DNA of 64,000 nt, taken from NCBI RefSeq assembly GCF_009914755.1, contig NC_060932.1; one strand, 5' to 3'. The notes under the pieces were generated by a model. That model had not been told where the DNA came from. It saw nothing but the letters and a program-made list of their open reading frames with translations, and did no database searches. The DNA is from the human T2T-CHM13v2.0 reference genome, Homo sapiens. Below are positions 14,538 to 28,810 of this stretch, in pieces. How positions within the stretch are numbered: the first letter of the stretch is position 1; every line of letters begins with the position of its first letter. The position numbers and the translations under genes are program-made.

Positions 14538-14914
14538 GGCTGGGTGTGGTGGCTCACACCTGTAATCTCACAACTTTGGGAGGCCAAGGCAGGAGGATCC
14601 CTTCAGCTCAGGAGTTCAGGACCAGCCTGGGCAACATGGTGAGACTCCCATCTCTACAAAAAATACAAAGATTAGCTGGGTGTGGTGGTGCATGCCTGTG
14701 GTACCAGTGACTCAAGAGGTGAAGGTAGGAGGATTGCTTGTGCCCGGGAGGTTGAAGCTGCAGTAAGCTGAGATTGCACCACTGCACTCCACCCTGGGTG
14801 ACAGAGCAAGACCCTGTCTAAAAAAAAAAAAAAAAAAAAAAGAAAGAAAAAGAAAAAAGAAAAAAAAAAAAAAGAAAGAAAAAGAAAAAAGAAAAAAAAA
14901 AAAAAGAAAAGAAA
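14538..14914 (+). mobile_element. AluJ with ~95-nt A/G tail
   Basis: Alu body 14538-14819; purine-only tail 14820-14914. Confidence 0.92.
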
Positions 14915-17896
14915 TCAACAGAAGAAATTACAATGAAAACCTATAGTCACCACCCACCCCATTCTTCCCCATGTAGTTTCTGTTCCCCAAGGCAAATGGT
15001 TTCTGCTCTTAATTCTGGAAGTTCCCTCCTTGACGATAACTAATGTATATGCTATTTCCTGACTTATTAACTTAAGACATTATGAAGTCACTCATACCTA
15101 CAGAAAGCTAACGAATTAACTCACCTTAACCTCCCTCTTTTCTTCTTCCTAATTTTTGACACTTTTGTCCTACTGTGTATTACCTCTGAATAATAATGTA
15201 AGCATATATTTTATATTACATCCATTTTAGAAAGTATGTCTTGATTTTCACCTCAATTAGATGAAGACATGAGGGCCCCTCTTCTTCCTCCCATACCTTT
15301 CTCACTTTCTGACAGCTGGAATTTGCTTTTACACTGGGAAGCTGATCATATCACATTTTCTTCTATAACCGTATTTAATCTTCTGTGTCCTACGAGACTG
15401 ATTCTCAAGGTTAAAAACCAATAGACACTATTTCTGTTATTATAAATCTGAAGTCATTGATATATGAGTCCTTTTCATAGATATTGAGGCAGGTGCTGAG
15501 CTTGGATTACCAGACAGGGGTCATGAGGCAGGAGTCATGTGCCCTAGGTGCAGCGGCTTCTCTTCATCACATTCCGGCAGTGTCCCGGCAGCATGTCACC
15601 ATCTGGCAGCGCTTCACTTTGGCTTAAGCAGACAGAGGAATCTGGCCAGGACACCACTTACACAGGGATCTAGAAGCCCCAATTCTCAGAAAGAATGTTT
15701 GTCTCTACGGAAGGGAGCTCCGTTTTTGCCTGGAGATGGCTGCCACACCTCCAAACTCAGGGATGTGTGAGAAGATGCCTCCCCACCAAGTGGCCAGTTC
15801 TTCCCCAGATAATGAATTATCTTTTCTGCAACCCCACCGCTCCGCCTCCTCCACCATGCTGGAATATGGCTTCCATGTTCTGATTCTCCAACTTGTCAGC
15901 TGGTTTCTATTCTCTTTACCTCTCTTGAAATTGTACGGGGATCTCTCCTCCACTGTTTCCTCCCATTACCTCGACTGTTATGAGTTTATTCCCATGTTTT
16001 TATCTTATGTCTCTGGAAGGAGGAGTAAACCATGGTCATATGTGTATTTTATTTCTTTCTTGATTATAACATAGTTTAGGTTTATTATAAACAAAAAATA
16101 CAAGCAATCAAGAAAAATATAAAAAGGAAAGGAAAACTTCATAAAATCTTGTGTCTCAGAGGTACTCACTGTTAACATGCTGATGGAAATTCTTCCCAAG
16201 TCAACCAACTCTTCCTGCTCCGTGTGGAATTCCCAGAGGGGGTTCGCCTGTGCTTTTATCTTGGAGTCTTCACTCCTCTGGGAGCCATTATGCCAAAGGT
16301 AGGCAATCAAGTTAAAGGGCAATATTCATCCCTTTCTGTTGCAGCCCCAACCAGGGCTTTAGTGAAAGAGAAATTAGTCTGGGTAAATAGTTTTACTCAG
16401 CATTGCCCCTTGCTGCTCTACTTTTCCTGCTCCTGGCTTCTAGAGCATCTTATGGTGGAGGTACATCCCTAAGGCTTCATCCATAAGGCAGCATCCTGAG
16501 TCCCTTTGCAGAGAAGGGCCCTCTACTGCAGATTCTTCTGGAATCTTTTCTCTCTCTGGATTAGAGTGTGGGAATATGGAAAGTCAGATTTACTAGTTTA
16601 TGAAATGGACATTTCACAGTCGGGACAGCCTCCCAAGTAAGACACTACCCATCTAGTCTCCTTTTATGGGAGAAGGGCTCTTCATGGAATATACAGCTCC
16701 TGGGTTGGAAAGAGAGGGCAGAGGACAGATATGCAAAGCTGAGAGACGGCACTCATGGAATTTCTGTCCTCCCACCCTTCTTCCCTTTAGGAACAAGCAC
16801 TTTTTCATTTTTCCATTTTGCAACAGTTGCATTCGTTGGCTTGTTTGGACGTGAATTAGAAAAGAGACGAGTTTATCTCTTTTTCAGTTGACTGCTGAGC
16901 CAGGGAGAGTTAGCAGGAGCTAACTTTGCCTTCTACTGTGTGGGGTGACCCACAGGGTCAGAGACAAGAGAACTCTCCGAAGGCGTGCACCTGGCAGACC
17001 CAGTTTCTCCGTCCATGTGAGGGGCCTGTGTGAAGGCATCAGATGACCCCGTGCTTTTCTGGGCCATCAGTCAACTCTCCAAGTGTGTGCTTTGCTTTTG
17101 ACTTGGCCCAAGCTCCTGGCAGCAAAGAGGCTGAAGAGAGGGGAAGGCCTCAATCTCCCAGCCATGCACAGGTTGAAAGAAAGAAAACCATCACACTGCT
17201 TTCCTGAGGAAGACTTTGGACTTTTTCTTAAATGTTTATGCTTCTCTCCTTCATCCCCACGTAAGACATTTTAGACAAACTCTGCCACCAAGATACTGAG
17301 TTTGTGGGTCCCAGGTAGGGAGGGTGCAGAGAGGGGGCAGAAGGATTCTGCCTGTGAGTGACAGCTTGAAAAATGGAACTTTGCAGGGCCAGGCCCCCTA
17401 CTCTTACCATCATTTGCTGACTATCCGAGGGACGAGGAGACAAAATCTCTCACTTTCTCGGACACACAGATAATCAGAGCACTCTCTGAGACTTTGATCA
17501 AACCACACATTTTTTTCCAGTAGTGGTTCTGGTGGAGATAGGCCATTTTATGGATATTTTGGAAGTGATTTCCTCTATATAAAAAGCACATGTTCTGAGT
17601 TTGTTCTCCTGGCCAAAAATGTCGCTATAGCATGGCAATGAACCCCTCCCAGCACCTTTTTGTTGTGTTTTTTGTTTCGCAATGCATCAGGAGACTGAAC
17701 TGAGAGATAAAACATGGAGATAGGAACAGGAAAATATAAAAGTCACACCTTGCCAAGCTCACCACACCCAGAAAAAAACAAAAAAACAAAAAAACTGTCA
17801 ATAAAACAAGGGCCCTATACAACTACATCTCCTTCTAGACTGAACTCACCTTCCCTGTTCAGCATAGGCTTCTTGGACCCTGTAAGGCAGGATTGA

Positions 17897-18349
<453 letters not shown>

Positions 18350-18486
18350 CTATCATTGAGTACAGCACCTTACACCTATAAGGTAAAAAATGGTCTATGA
18401 AGTGAGAAAATGAATGATTAAATGACGTACGGACCATAGGCTTTTCTTCCCAATACATATGTCCACAAAAAAAATTTTGCCTCACA

Positions 18487-19078
<592 letters not shown>

Positions 19079-19235
19079 GATTTGCCTCCTTGAAGCATGT
19101 TCTTTAGACCTTTAGTAATAGCAGCTACCGTTTACTGGGCACTCATGTGCTAGGTACCATGCTGCACACTTCATGCATAGTATCTCATTTAATCTGGATT
19201 CCTCCCATAAGTTCACATAGATGTGAAATAATCTT

Positions 19236-19268
19236 CACTTGATCTTAGCCAAAAGGCCGAGAAGTGAT
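19236..19268 (-). pseudogene. U2 snRNA 5' fragment (~33 nt), tailless retrocopy
   Basis: Reverse complement atcacttctcggccttttggctaagatcaagtg matches U2 nt 1-33 with one CpG transition; degenerate TSD atagatgtgaaataat (19217-19232) / ataggtgtgatatgat (19267-19282). Confidence 0.9.
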
Positions 19269-21114
19269 AGGTGTGATATGATATTAAAGTGTCCTTTACT
19301 TCTTCACTGTGATACCTGTCACACTTATAAATAATTGTTCCCTCTCTGTCTTCTCTTGGATTTTTAAGTCCCATGAGAATACAAATGTCTTTTCTTGCAT
19401 GATGCTGAATCCTTCAGCATGCAGCCCATATCACACGTGCCATGGAACACATGCTGAATTCATCTTCATGACTTTCATGAGTCCCAGCAGATTGCTGGTA
19501 GGTGCTGTTCCAAGTATTCTCCAGTATAATTATTATTGCAATCCTGGCTGTCTCTCTTCCTTTTTGATGCTCAGGTAGAACGTAAAGGAAACTCGCAAAT
19601 TCTCCCTGTGGTAGCTGAAAACATTGGTAACCCCTAACATCACCATTTGTCACCTCTAATGTCACCATTAGATTACTCCATACCTCGATCCGTGGAAGAA
19701 ACTCCTTCCCTGCTCTCTGATCATCTGTTCTTTCGGTCTCCATTTCCATCTCAGTGTTGCTGTCTCCACCAACATGGCATCTCTTCTAGGCATTGCTACT
19801 GCTGCTTTGGGATTCCAGGAATCAACAGAACTGGAATGAAGTAGGCACATCCAGGGGCAAGACAGGGCAGGGCAGGGTACAGGGCAAAAAGCGTCTGATG
19901 TGGAGACTGTGCTCAGCTGAGAAAGCTTCAGGCACTTTTTCCCACTTTCCTGGAGGAGTAAGGTGGGTCCCCATCTCTGCCAATCTGAGGGAGTTCCCGT
20001 CTGCCTTCAACCCCCCACCCATCTCCCCACTGCATACTACATTTAACGTTTCCACCCTAATAGGATTTCCTGCATGGTTTCCATAGATCTGTTTTTCTGT
20101 TTATTTGAGCTCCTTGTTAGCACCCTCACTCCCAACTCTTCACTGTTGCATTTCCAAGTGCAATCATCTCATCGATCTCATCCCAAGGCCAGAAAGGAGT
20201 TGAGCAATTTACACAAAGTAGGCTAAGAACATTCTCACTATCCCAGGGCACTGAACCAAGTTTCTGAAAGTGGCACAAGTCGGATGTTATTAATATTCTC
20301 TCTTTAATGTTCATCAATTCCAGAAATGGATATTTCCTCCAAAGACCCTGGACAACCTCTGGAGTCATTGCCATTCTGGTCCGGGGCCATCGGGGATCTA
20401 ACCATTTCCGAGAAAATTAGCAGAGAGTGGGAGGGGTATTATTTCAAACTGGCGCTGATTGCATTTGGTATCCTAGGCTTGTTGCTGGGATCACGCACGA
20501 AATCCCTGGTAGAAGAACAGAGGCGACTCACAGTTTCCGTGATAATGATAAGCTGCAGACGACTATTTAGAGCATCCCAACATTTATTTCAAAGTAAAGA
20601 CAGTAGAAAACAACTGGACTGCAAGATGGGAATCTTGGTCACTCACTGTGTGATATTAACAGAGTCACTCGACCTCCTTGGACTCAGTTTCTTCTTGTCT
20701 AAAATGGGGCTGTTGCCCTCACTCAGTTCTAACGCTCCTCTTAAAGCAAAAGTGATGGTTTTTGGAATTTCTTTTATTTCTCCAGTGAGAATCACTTCAA
20801 TCTTCAGGCAAGATACCTGCCTGTCTCCTGCCCCTCTCTCCCATTCTGTCCCGGATATTGTGAAGCTACTTCTTCAGTTTCATGAACCTGGATTTTGGCC
20901 AAACCCTTGATCATTCATCTTAGAAGCTAGATTTCCTTTTCGAAGCCACAACTCTGGGAAAGGTCTTCACAGCCAGTTCCTGATGTTGCTGAGCTGATCT
21001 TGTCCATTCTGAGTCAAGGTAGGATGACAGCTCCCCGTGAGAAAAAAAAATAGGTGTTGCATAAGAGAACATCTTGGCTATTTATGAAAGATTTTCTATG
21101 CTTCTGTTTTAAGT

Positions 21115-21600
21115 TTGTTTTTCAATTACAAAAGGGACTCATTCTTTTGTATAAAATTTGGAAAGCTAAGTTAAGTTTAGAGAAGAGGGTAAAATCATTC
21201 TTAATCCCATAATTCTACCATGGAGAAATTTTGTTAGTATTTTGGTGTATTCTCAATTTCCTCTGCAGTTTTTTACATTGTTGAAATCATGCTATTTATA
21301 CTATTTCATCCTTTCTTCCCACGGAAAATTGTATGATAAGCATTTCCTCATGTCACTGAAGTCACTGATAAGTAATATTTTAATAGCACCATAATATTTT
21401 ATTTTGTGGGTTTTGTCCTAAGGTTGAACAGATAGGTTGTTTCTAGTTTTATTTTTTTAAAAATATTATTAGCAATGCTGAGATGAACATTTGTGTGTAT
21501 ATATCTCTGGAAATTTCAGATTATTTCCTTAAAGTACATTCCTAGAAGTGAATTACTAAATTTAAGAGCCTGAATAATTTTAAGATTCTTGATACCATTT
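21115..21600 (-). mobile_element. Old L1M (L1ME-like) 3' fragment
   Basis: taggttgtttctagtttt...caatgctgagatgaacatttgtgtgtatatatct...attatttccttaaagtacattcctagaagtgaattact. Confidence 0.7.
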
Positions 21601-22289
21601 AATTTTTGATACCATCTTGGTCTTAATTTTTCAACCACATTTTGTGACTTAAAATCACCACCTTTTCCCTTAAAGAATATCATATTCATTTTAATCATGA
21701 GAAAACTTCAAGTTTTCTAACACTTTTCCTGAAACAACTTATTCCAAAACCTCCACCCAAGAAACATTAGAATCCACATGTTTGTCCTGAGCTATCAATC
21801 AATTTAGTGAACACCTGCCTGACCCTAGGCCTCTGCCAGGCCCCTATGATACTTATTTTCAACATCACTGGGAAACGTGGAATTATAAAGGAAGCAGAGA
21901 GAATGGCTCTTTAGTATAAGGAAGAGAAAATCGGTGAGTGCAGAAAAAATCCAAAACTGTATTTGTCAGAGCCCCCACCGTACTTTAAACACACTAAAAT
22001 ATAAAAGAAACAGCTATTACTAGAATGTTCTATGTGACTTTGAGTCATTCCACAGCTTTGCTGCACACCAATCTCCTCTTCTGCAAAAACAGAAGCAAAA
22101 GCTAGAGTGGTTTTTCAGGTCTTTTCAGTCCAGTATTGGATGATTCTATATTTCTTCCCAGCAGTGTGAGGATAATGAAGTCACATGCTACAGGTACTTT
22201 GAAACAATTTTTGAGTTTGAGGTATTCTTCAAAATGGTGATAGTTAAAATAACCATCTTTGGGGTAAGGAGTGCTGCATAAATGAGATT

Positions 22290-22500
22290 AGGCTGAGTTT
22301 GGGATCAGATCAAATCCAGCTTTGCTAATTGTTAGCCATATGTGTCCTTGGGCCAATTATTCAAATTCCTTGAGCCTTAGTTTCTTCATCTGTAAAAAGG
22401 CTGACAGAAGAGCCTATCCTATGCTGTAGTTGGAGGATTAAAAAGATAATGTATATAACAGGCACACAGGAAGTCCCCAGGAACTAGCATTGTGAGAACT
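22290..22500 (+). mobile_element. MIR SINE
   Basis: tgtgtccttgggccaattattc...gagccttagtttcttcatctgtaaaa core. Confidence 0.75.
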
Positions 22501-22684
22501 GCTAAGTTTGGTGTGCCAAAATGTTCATTATTCATAGTCCAGAAAGGGAAACTGAGGCTCAAGGAATTTGCCCCTTGACAAAAATTACACAGTAGATTAG
22601 TAATGAAACAAATCCCCTCTGCCTTACTTGTCTGGTTCACCCCTCCATTGTACATCATTGAAGAACTAGCTGAATGAAGCTAGT

Positions 22685-22953
22685 TCCCAGTGCTTTGGGA
22701 GGCCAAGGCAGCCAGATCACTTGAGTTCAAGGCCAGCCTAGCCAACATGGTGAAACCCTGTCTCTACTAAAAATACAAAAATTAGCCCAGTGTGGTGGTG
22801 CACACCTGTAATCCCGGCTACTCAGGAGGCTGAGGCATGAGAATTGCTTGAAACCAAGAGGTGGAGATTGCAGTGAGCCGAGATCCGTTACTGCACTCCA
22901 TCCTGGTCGACAGAATGAGACTCCATCTCAAAAAAATAAAAAAGTAAAAAATA
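22685..22953 (+). mobile_element. 5'-truncated AluS
   Basis: 19-bp TSD aagaactagctga(a/g)tgaag at 22661-22679 and 22954-22972. Confidence 0.92.
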
Positions 22954-23940
22954 AAGAACTAGCTGAGTGAAGACAAATATTTCAAATGGAAGCTTAGGCA
23001 AAGATGTAATTGTTTTCCTAACTGTGGTCCAAAGTCAACTGCCAGTATTATGTATGTATAAGCTTATTTTATCCAAGTAAGGTGAGAAAGTCATAAATAG
23101 GCAGCACCGTGTGTAGGACAAAGTCTAAACCCCCTACCTGGTATTCAAGAGGTCTCTGAGCTCAGCCTCAGCCTCCCTGCCCGTGCTTACCTGCTGTCAT
23201 AGCCCCTCATGGACTCCAGGCTTCCACTCAATCCACAGTGCATTGTTCTCCTCCTGCAGGGACTTCACCATGGCCCTGCCAGAGCTGCAGCCTCCTTCTA
23301 GAAGACCTTCCCCCATGTCACTGGCAGCTTCCTCCTCATCCTTCAACGCACAGCCCACATGTTAGCTTTGGTGCAGTCTCCTCCTTCCAGACATACTCAT
23401 TGCTCTGGGCTCTGGCTGACTTACTATGGCGCCCATGTCTTTCATCACATGTCACAGTGTGACTGATGTGATTTAGCTCCATAACAGACGGGTACAGGAA
23501 GTCTTCCTCCTCTGGCACTTCTAACATAATCTGTAGTGGGTCAGATCTTCCCAAAGCTAGGCAAAGATTACTTCTGCAAGGCTTCAGAAACTCAGAGAGT
23601 CTTAACCTTAACGCAAAAGTGTGGTCGTTCTTCTAAGTAGAAAGTGAGAAGGAAAATGTTATCTTTATTTTTTTGCGTTCCATTTAGCAGCAAAAGCAAA
23701 TAAGAAATGAATATCTTAAATAGACTGTCATGCAACAATCATTATTTATGTTTTTCTTCCGCTATTATAATGAGAATCCATTTTTGTTTTTCACCTTTGA
23801 ACCTCGATGTTAAGGTGTATTAGTTACTATGCATGCTGGCTGCTCCGTGATTCATTGAATGGCCCTGGCATGAGTCAGCCACTTCCTCAGTGGCCATTAA
23901 TGTGTCCAGCAATGTGCCAGGTGCTCTGGAGACTGAATGA

Positions 23941-24249
23941 GGCTGAGTGTGATAGCTAATGCCTCTAATCCCAGCATTTCAGGAGGCTGAGGCAGGAGGA
24001 TTACTTGAGGCCAGGAGTTCGAGACCAGCCTGGGCAACATAATGAGACCCCCCCCATGGCTACAAAAAATAAAAAACTTAGCTGGGCATGGTGGAAGTGT
24101 GCCTGTGGTCCCAGCTACTCGGGAGGCTGGGGTGAGAGGATTGCTTGAGTCCAGGAGTTCAAAGCTGCAGTGAGCTATGACTGCACCACTGTACTCCAGC
24201 CTGGGTGACAGAACAAGACCCTGTCTCTAAAAAAAGAAAAGAAAGAAAA
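23941..24249 (+). mobile_element. AluJ
   Basis: J diagnostics ggattgcttgagtccaggagttcaaagctgcagtgagctatga. Confidence 0.92.
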
Positions 24250-24704
24250 GACTAAAGGAGACACACCTGCCTTTTCAGCTAAACTCAGCCAGCCACCACA
24301 ACACTTAGCCTTTCAACTCTAGAGATGGTCACTTTCTGGGGTTGCAGTGGAGCTTTAAGACCCCACAGAGGTCTCCGCAGTTCTTCGGCACTGGCATTCC
24401 ATACTCTACCCCTCTATGTTCATTTCAGCTTGACGCCACTCCCCCTCCTTTCTGCCTGTGTAAGCTCCAACATGCTTAGACAGATCCTCTCTGTTCCCGA
24501 AGCCTTCCAGCCCCACGTAGGCTCCGTAACGCACACACTCTTCTGTTTTACTCTAGTGGTTTCATGTTTGCATGTCTTATCTCCTCTTTTTAAAAACTCT
24601 TCAGGGTACTTAGCAGAGTGCAAAGTACACAACTGACAATAAGGAATTCACTCATTGGTACTGACATTCTTCACATTCCATCAGATGAAACTGGGATCCT
24701 CTGG

Positions 24705-24872
24705 TCTTGCTACTCATGGGTGGGCTGGACCAGCACCTGCTCGGGCATCTTCTGGGAGCTTGGGAGGAATACAGAATTGCAGGCCTGGCCCTAGACCTGC
24801 TAAATCAGAACCTGAATTTTCACAAGATCCCCAGATGATTCGTGTGCACACTGAAGTTAGAGAAGCACTGCA
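24705..24872. mobile_element. MER5A hAT MITE
   Basis: ggaccagca...gcagg..cctagacctgctaaatcagaacctgaattttcacaagatccccagatgattcgtgtgcacactgaagttagagaagcactg. Confidence 0.85.
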
Positions 24873-26883
24873 CTAAGTGACTTTGATTGCCAAATTCTTT
24901 ATCTTTCTTCCTCACATGGCCCACGGATTTTGCTTCCCCTATACCTGGCTCTTACCCGCCTTTTCCTTCCTTTTCTCTCCCTAGTGCACCACTTTAGCCA
25001 TTTTTTTCCAGTATCCTCAATCCTCCCACTCTTCTAGTCTCTCTATCCCTGCCTACAAAATGCCAGCGATTTACCTTCTCAGCTCTTTCCTTGTTCTTCC
25101 TTGAGCCTTTGGCACTTGCAGTGCTACCAATACACAGCAAGGCCTCCTGTGCTGTTGAATCAATACACACCTTGCTCATCAAATTGCCCTGTAAGAGGTG
25201 GTTAGCAAGAAATCTGACCTCAGTTTTCTCTTGAAAGGGTTATAGCTCTTTTAGTATTTCTGTTTATCAACACACTTCTAACTGAACAGTAGGGATTAAT
25301 TGGCCAACAAAAAAGGTGGCAATGAATCTATTCTCTGCTTATACATTTACCAGCTAAAAAACAATTTGAGAACTATAGCAGTCTTCATTAGTTAAGATTA
25401 AACCTTTAACTCAAAAAAAGATAATCACTTGAAGACCAACAGAGAAAATCATACTTAGAAAAAGGAACGCTAGGGTTTGCTTTAAACAATAATTCTTCCA
25501 CTTAAAAAAAAAAAAACAAAACTTCAAAGGGACTTTAAACTAGTAATCTTTAAAGTGACTTTCAAATTACATTTATTTACATATTGATAACTGCACAGGT
25601 ATCTTGAAATTCAGGGGAGAGGGGAGACTTATCCTTAGTTTCAGTTGCCATATTCTATGGGGAATCCAGGAAAAAGCAGGGTTGCGACCTGAATTATACA
25701 GAAAATTCTCTGATTCCTCACTCTCTTTATTGTAGCAGGAACTAGCAGTTAAGTACTAGCTCCTGAACATCACATCTCTTTCTGGCTCTCTTCCTACCTG
25801 AGGATTGATTTACAGTGATAATTTTCTTTAGACATTTTAAAAAGTGACTGTTCATTAAAAAAAAAAAAAGAAAGAAAGAGATATATTGGACAGCATCTTT
25901 CTGAATGTCAAAGGCTGACGATAATTGGGTCATTTGATTTCTCCTCATTTTTCTAAATTCTCTGATTGCTTGCACAATAACTTTCTTCCCCCAATCAATT
26001 AGTCTAACAATTCATATCCATATTTTATTTTTAATGGTTGACTACTCATTTCATTAAAAATGTAAGTGCATTAGCTTCCCATGAAATGATTCCATTGAGA
26101 TGGGCATATTTAAATATTCATAACATAAAAATTAATAAATCTGAGAACAGTGGTTGCATTTTAAAAAGGCTACTGTCAGATGTACCATGTCCCAGATGAG
26201 ATTCACTAAATTAAAACCTCGAGCATCCTCTTTCTATTGATTCTTCTTTACAACGAAACAATGCAACAGAAATGCAATGGGAATAGGATTGCTACCCAGT
26301 AACTCACTGCTTCTCTCAGCTTCATTCAATTCTAGCTTGCTTCTCCTCCTTCTTGTCTTTCATGCTACTTTCCACCCCGTCACCTGGATTCTGACCGCTA
26401 AATCAGCCTTAATATCAAAGAAGTTAAACGCTGGGTGTGGGTAATATTTATTTACGTTCTATTCAATGTCTCTCTCTCCCTCTGCCGAAATAAATCCAAT
26501 GGATCCCAATCGTGTACAGCAAGAGCTCTAGGGAAAACCTTTCCCAATAAGCTTCCTCCCAGCTGTAGAAAGATCATACACTTCACGGTGAGTAAAAGCG
26601 ATTTGTTGTTTGTGTGTTCATGAGCATTATATAGCCGTAGAATCAGCAAATTTGACAAATCAGTAGATTGACTTAGGAGGTAGAGGAAACCAACCAATGC
26701 AGGGCACCTCTATTAACTACCAGAGGCTTGAGAATGCCACTCAGAAAGAGGAAGAAACACTGAAATAGGCAAGATCTGCCCTCCCTCAAGAGCCCCCAGC
26801 AACCCAGCATGGGATTACACTTTCCTCACATTCAGCCCCAAATCATTCCTGTTAGTGAAACTTGCCTGGATTTTCTATGTTGG

Positions 26884-27508
26884 TGATATGGTTTGGCTGT
26901 ATCCTCACCCAAATCTCTACTTTAATTGTATACCCCAGAACTCCCATGTGCTGTGGGATGGACCCAGGGGGAGGTAATTGAATCATGGGGGTCAGTCTTT
27001 CCCAAGCTATTCTCGTGATGGTAAGTCTCACTAGATCTGATCGGTTTATCAGGGGTTTCTGCTTTTGCTTCCTCCTCATTTTCTCTTGCCACTGCCATGA
27101 AAGAAGTGCCTTTCACTTCCCGCCACGATTCTCATTCCTCCCCAGCCATGCGGAACTGTAAGTCCAATTAAACCACTTTCTTTTTTTTGAGACGGAGTCT
27201 CGCTCTGTCATCCAGGCTGGAGTGCAGTGGCGCGATCTCGGCTCACGCCATTCTCCTGCCTCAGCCTCCCCATCAGCTGGGACTACAGGCACCAGCCACC
27301 AGGCCCGGCTAATTTTTTGTATTTGTAGTAGAGACGGGGTTTCACCGTGCTAGCCAGGATGGTCTCGATCTCCTGACCTTGTGATCCGCCCACCTTGGCC
27401 TTCCAAAGTGCTGAGATTACAGGCATGAACCACTGCTCCCGCCCTTAAACCACTTTTTGTTCCTAGCTTTGGTTATGTCTATCAGCAGCATGAAAACAGT
27501 CTAATACA
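26884..27508 (+). mobile_element. THE1A solo LTR (ERVL-MaLR) interrupted by AluY
   Basis: tgatatggtttggctgt...ctaataca termini; 5-bp TSD gttgg at 26879-26883 and 27509-27513; THE1A-like ttatcaggggtttctgcttttgcttc. Confidence 0.9.
27180..27444 (-). mobile_element. AluY with 25-bp internal deletion
   Basis: TSD ttaaaccacttt at 27168-27179 and 27445-27456; reads cggctcacgccattctcc. Confidence 0.92.
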
Positions 27509-28674
27509 GTTGGTCTTCAAGTGATACCTTTCTTTGAGGTAAAGGTTTAAGGTTAACTAATGAAGACTGCAGCAGTTCTCAAATTTTTTTCTAGCTGGTA
27601 AACCTATACACAAAGAACAGATTCACTACCACCTCATATTTTTTTGTGGGCCAATGAGTTTGTACCTTCTGCTCAGTTCAAAGCTGATAAACAGAAAGGC
27701 AAAAACAGCTACAACCCACCCATTCAAGAGAAGACTGAGGTCAGATTTTTTGCTAACTACCTCTCACTACTGAGAGCAAAACTTGTCTGGATTAGTGTCC
27801 TCCACTAATGTGGATGATTTATTATGAACTAGGTTATTGGGAAGAACATGGAATTTGGAGTCAGGAGACAGAAGTTCTAACCCTTAGCTATCAAATTTAA
27901 AAGTTCTAAAATTATGTATAAAAAGAGTAGGTATTGCAAGAGAAAGCCAGGGCTGGACTGGCAAATAGTGATTTAAAAAGGGACCCCACCCTATCCCCAA
28001 AAGGCTGTAGATTACACTCATTTGCTTGGGGTCCATATAAAGCCTCTGAGTCCTTCTCTGCCCACTCTTTTGTTCAGCCTCTGCAAAATGATCATGAGTT
28101 GAAACCTATTTGCCATCTCTAAAGGTGAGTGATTAACAGAGGGGAAAAAAATTATTTTCACTTGGTCAAGGCAGGGCAGGGCAGGGCAGGGCAAATTGAC
28201 TAATTTCCTGTCTCTGGAGGCCTCTATAAGGCATCAAATTTTGGAGCTCAAGACCCAGGTTTAAGACTGAAAAGAGTGAGAAGCCATCAGGATAGCAAAG
28301 ATGAGATCCCCACATTTATTTGAAATCGTCCCTGAACCACTGAAGCCACATAGACATGTCTGTGTTTATGTGGAGCCATGTTTGTGATTCTAGTCTTCTT
28401 TTATAAATTAAATTCCTCTTCTGGGTCAAATAAGGAAAGAAAATACTCAAATCCACACACTGTTTATTTGATTTTGCTGAAAACTTATAAAATTCAGTTG
28501 TTCTATTATAAAAGAGGCACATGTGGAATTCATACACAGTGGAGAGAGACAGAGGGTGTACAGTTTCTCCCTGCATGTATACACACAGGCTATGAATGCA
28601 TAAAATATACAAAGAATGGAATGTTTCCAGGTTGTATATATATTATACAGCTGAAAAATCCTGGAGTCATCTAT

Positions 28675-28810
28675 TCCAGAACTTCTCAAAGTGTGGTCCA
28701 CCAACCACCTGCATCAGAACCTCCTGGGGTATCTGCTAAAATTCAGAATGGGGGCCCCACTCCAGACATTCTGAATCGATCTTCTCCATACCCCCACCAA
28801 GACTGATTCT
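28675..28810. mobile_element. MER5-type MITE
   Basis: cttctcaaagtgtggtcc...acctgcatcagaacctcctgggg...gccccactccagac..ctgaatc. Confidence 0.7.
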
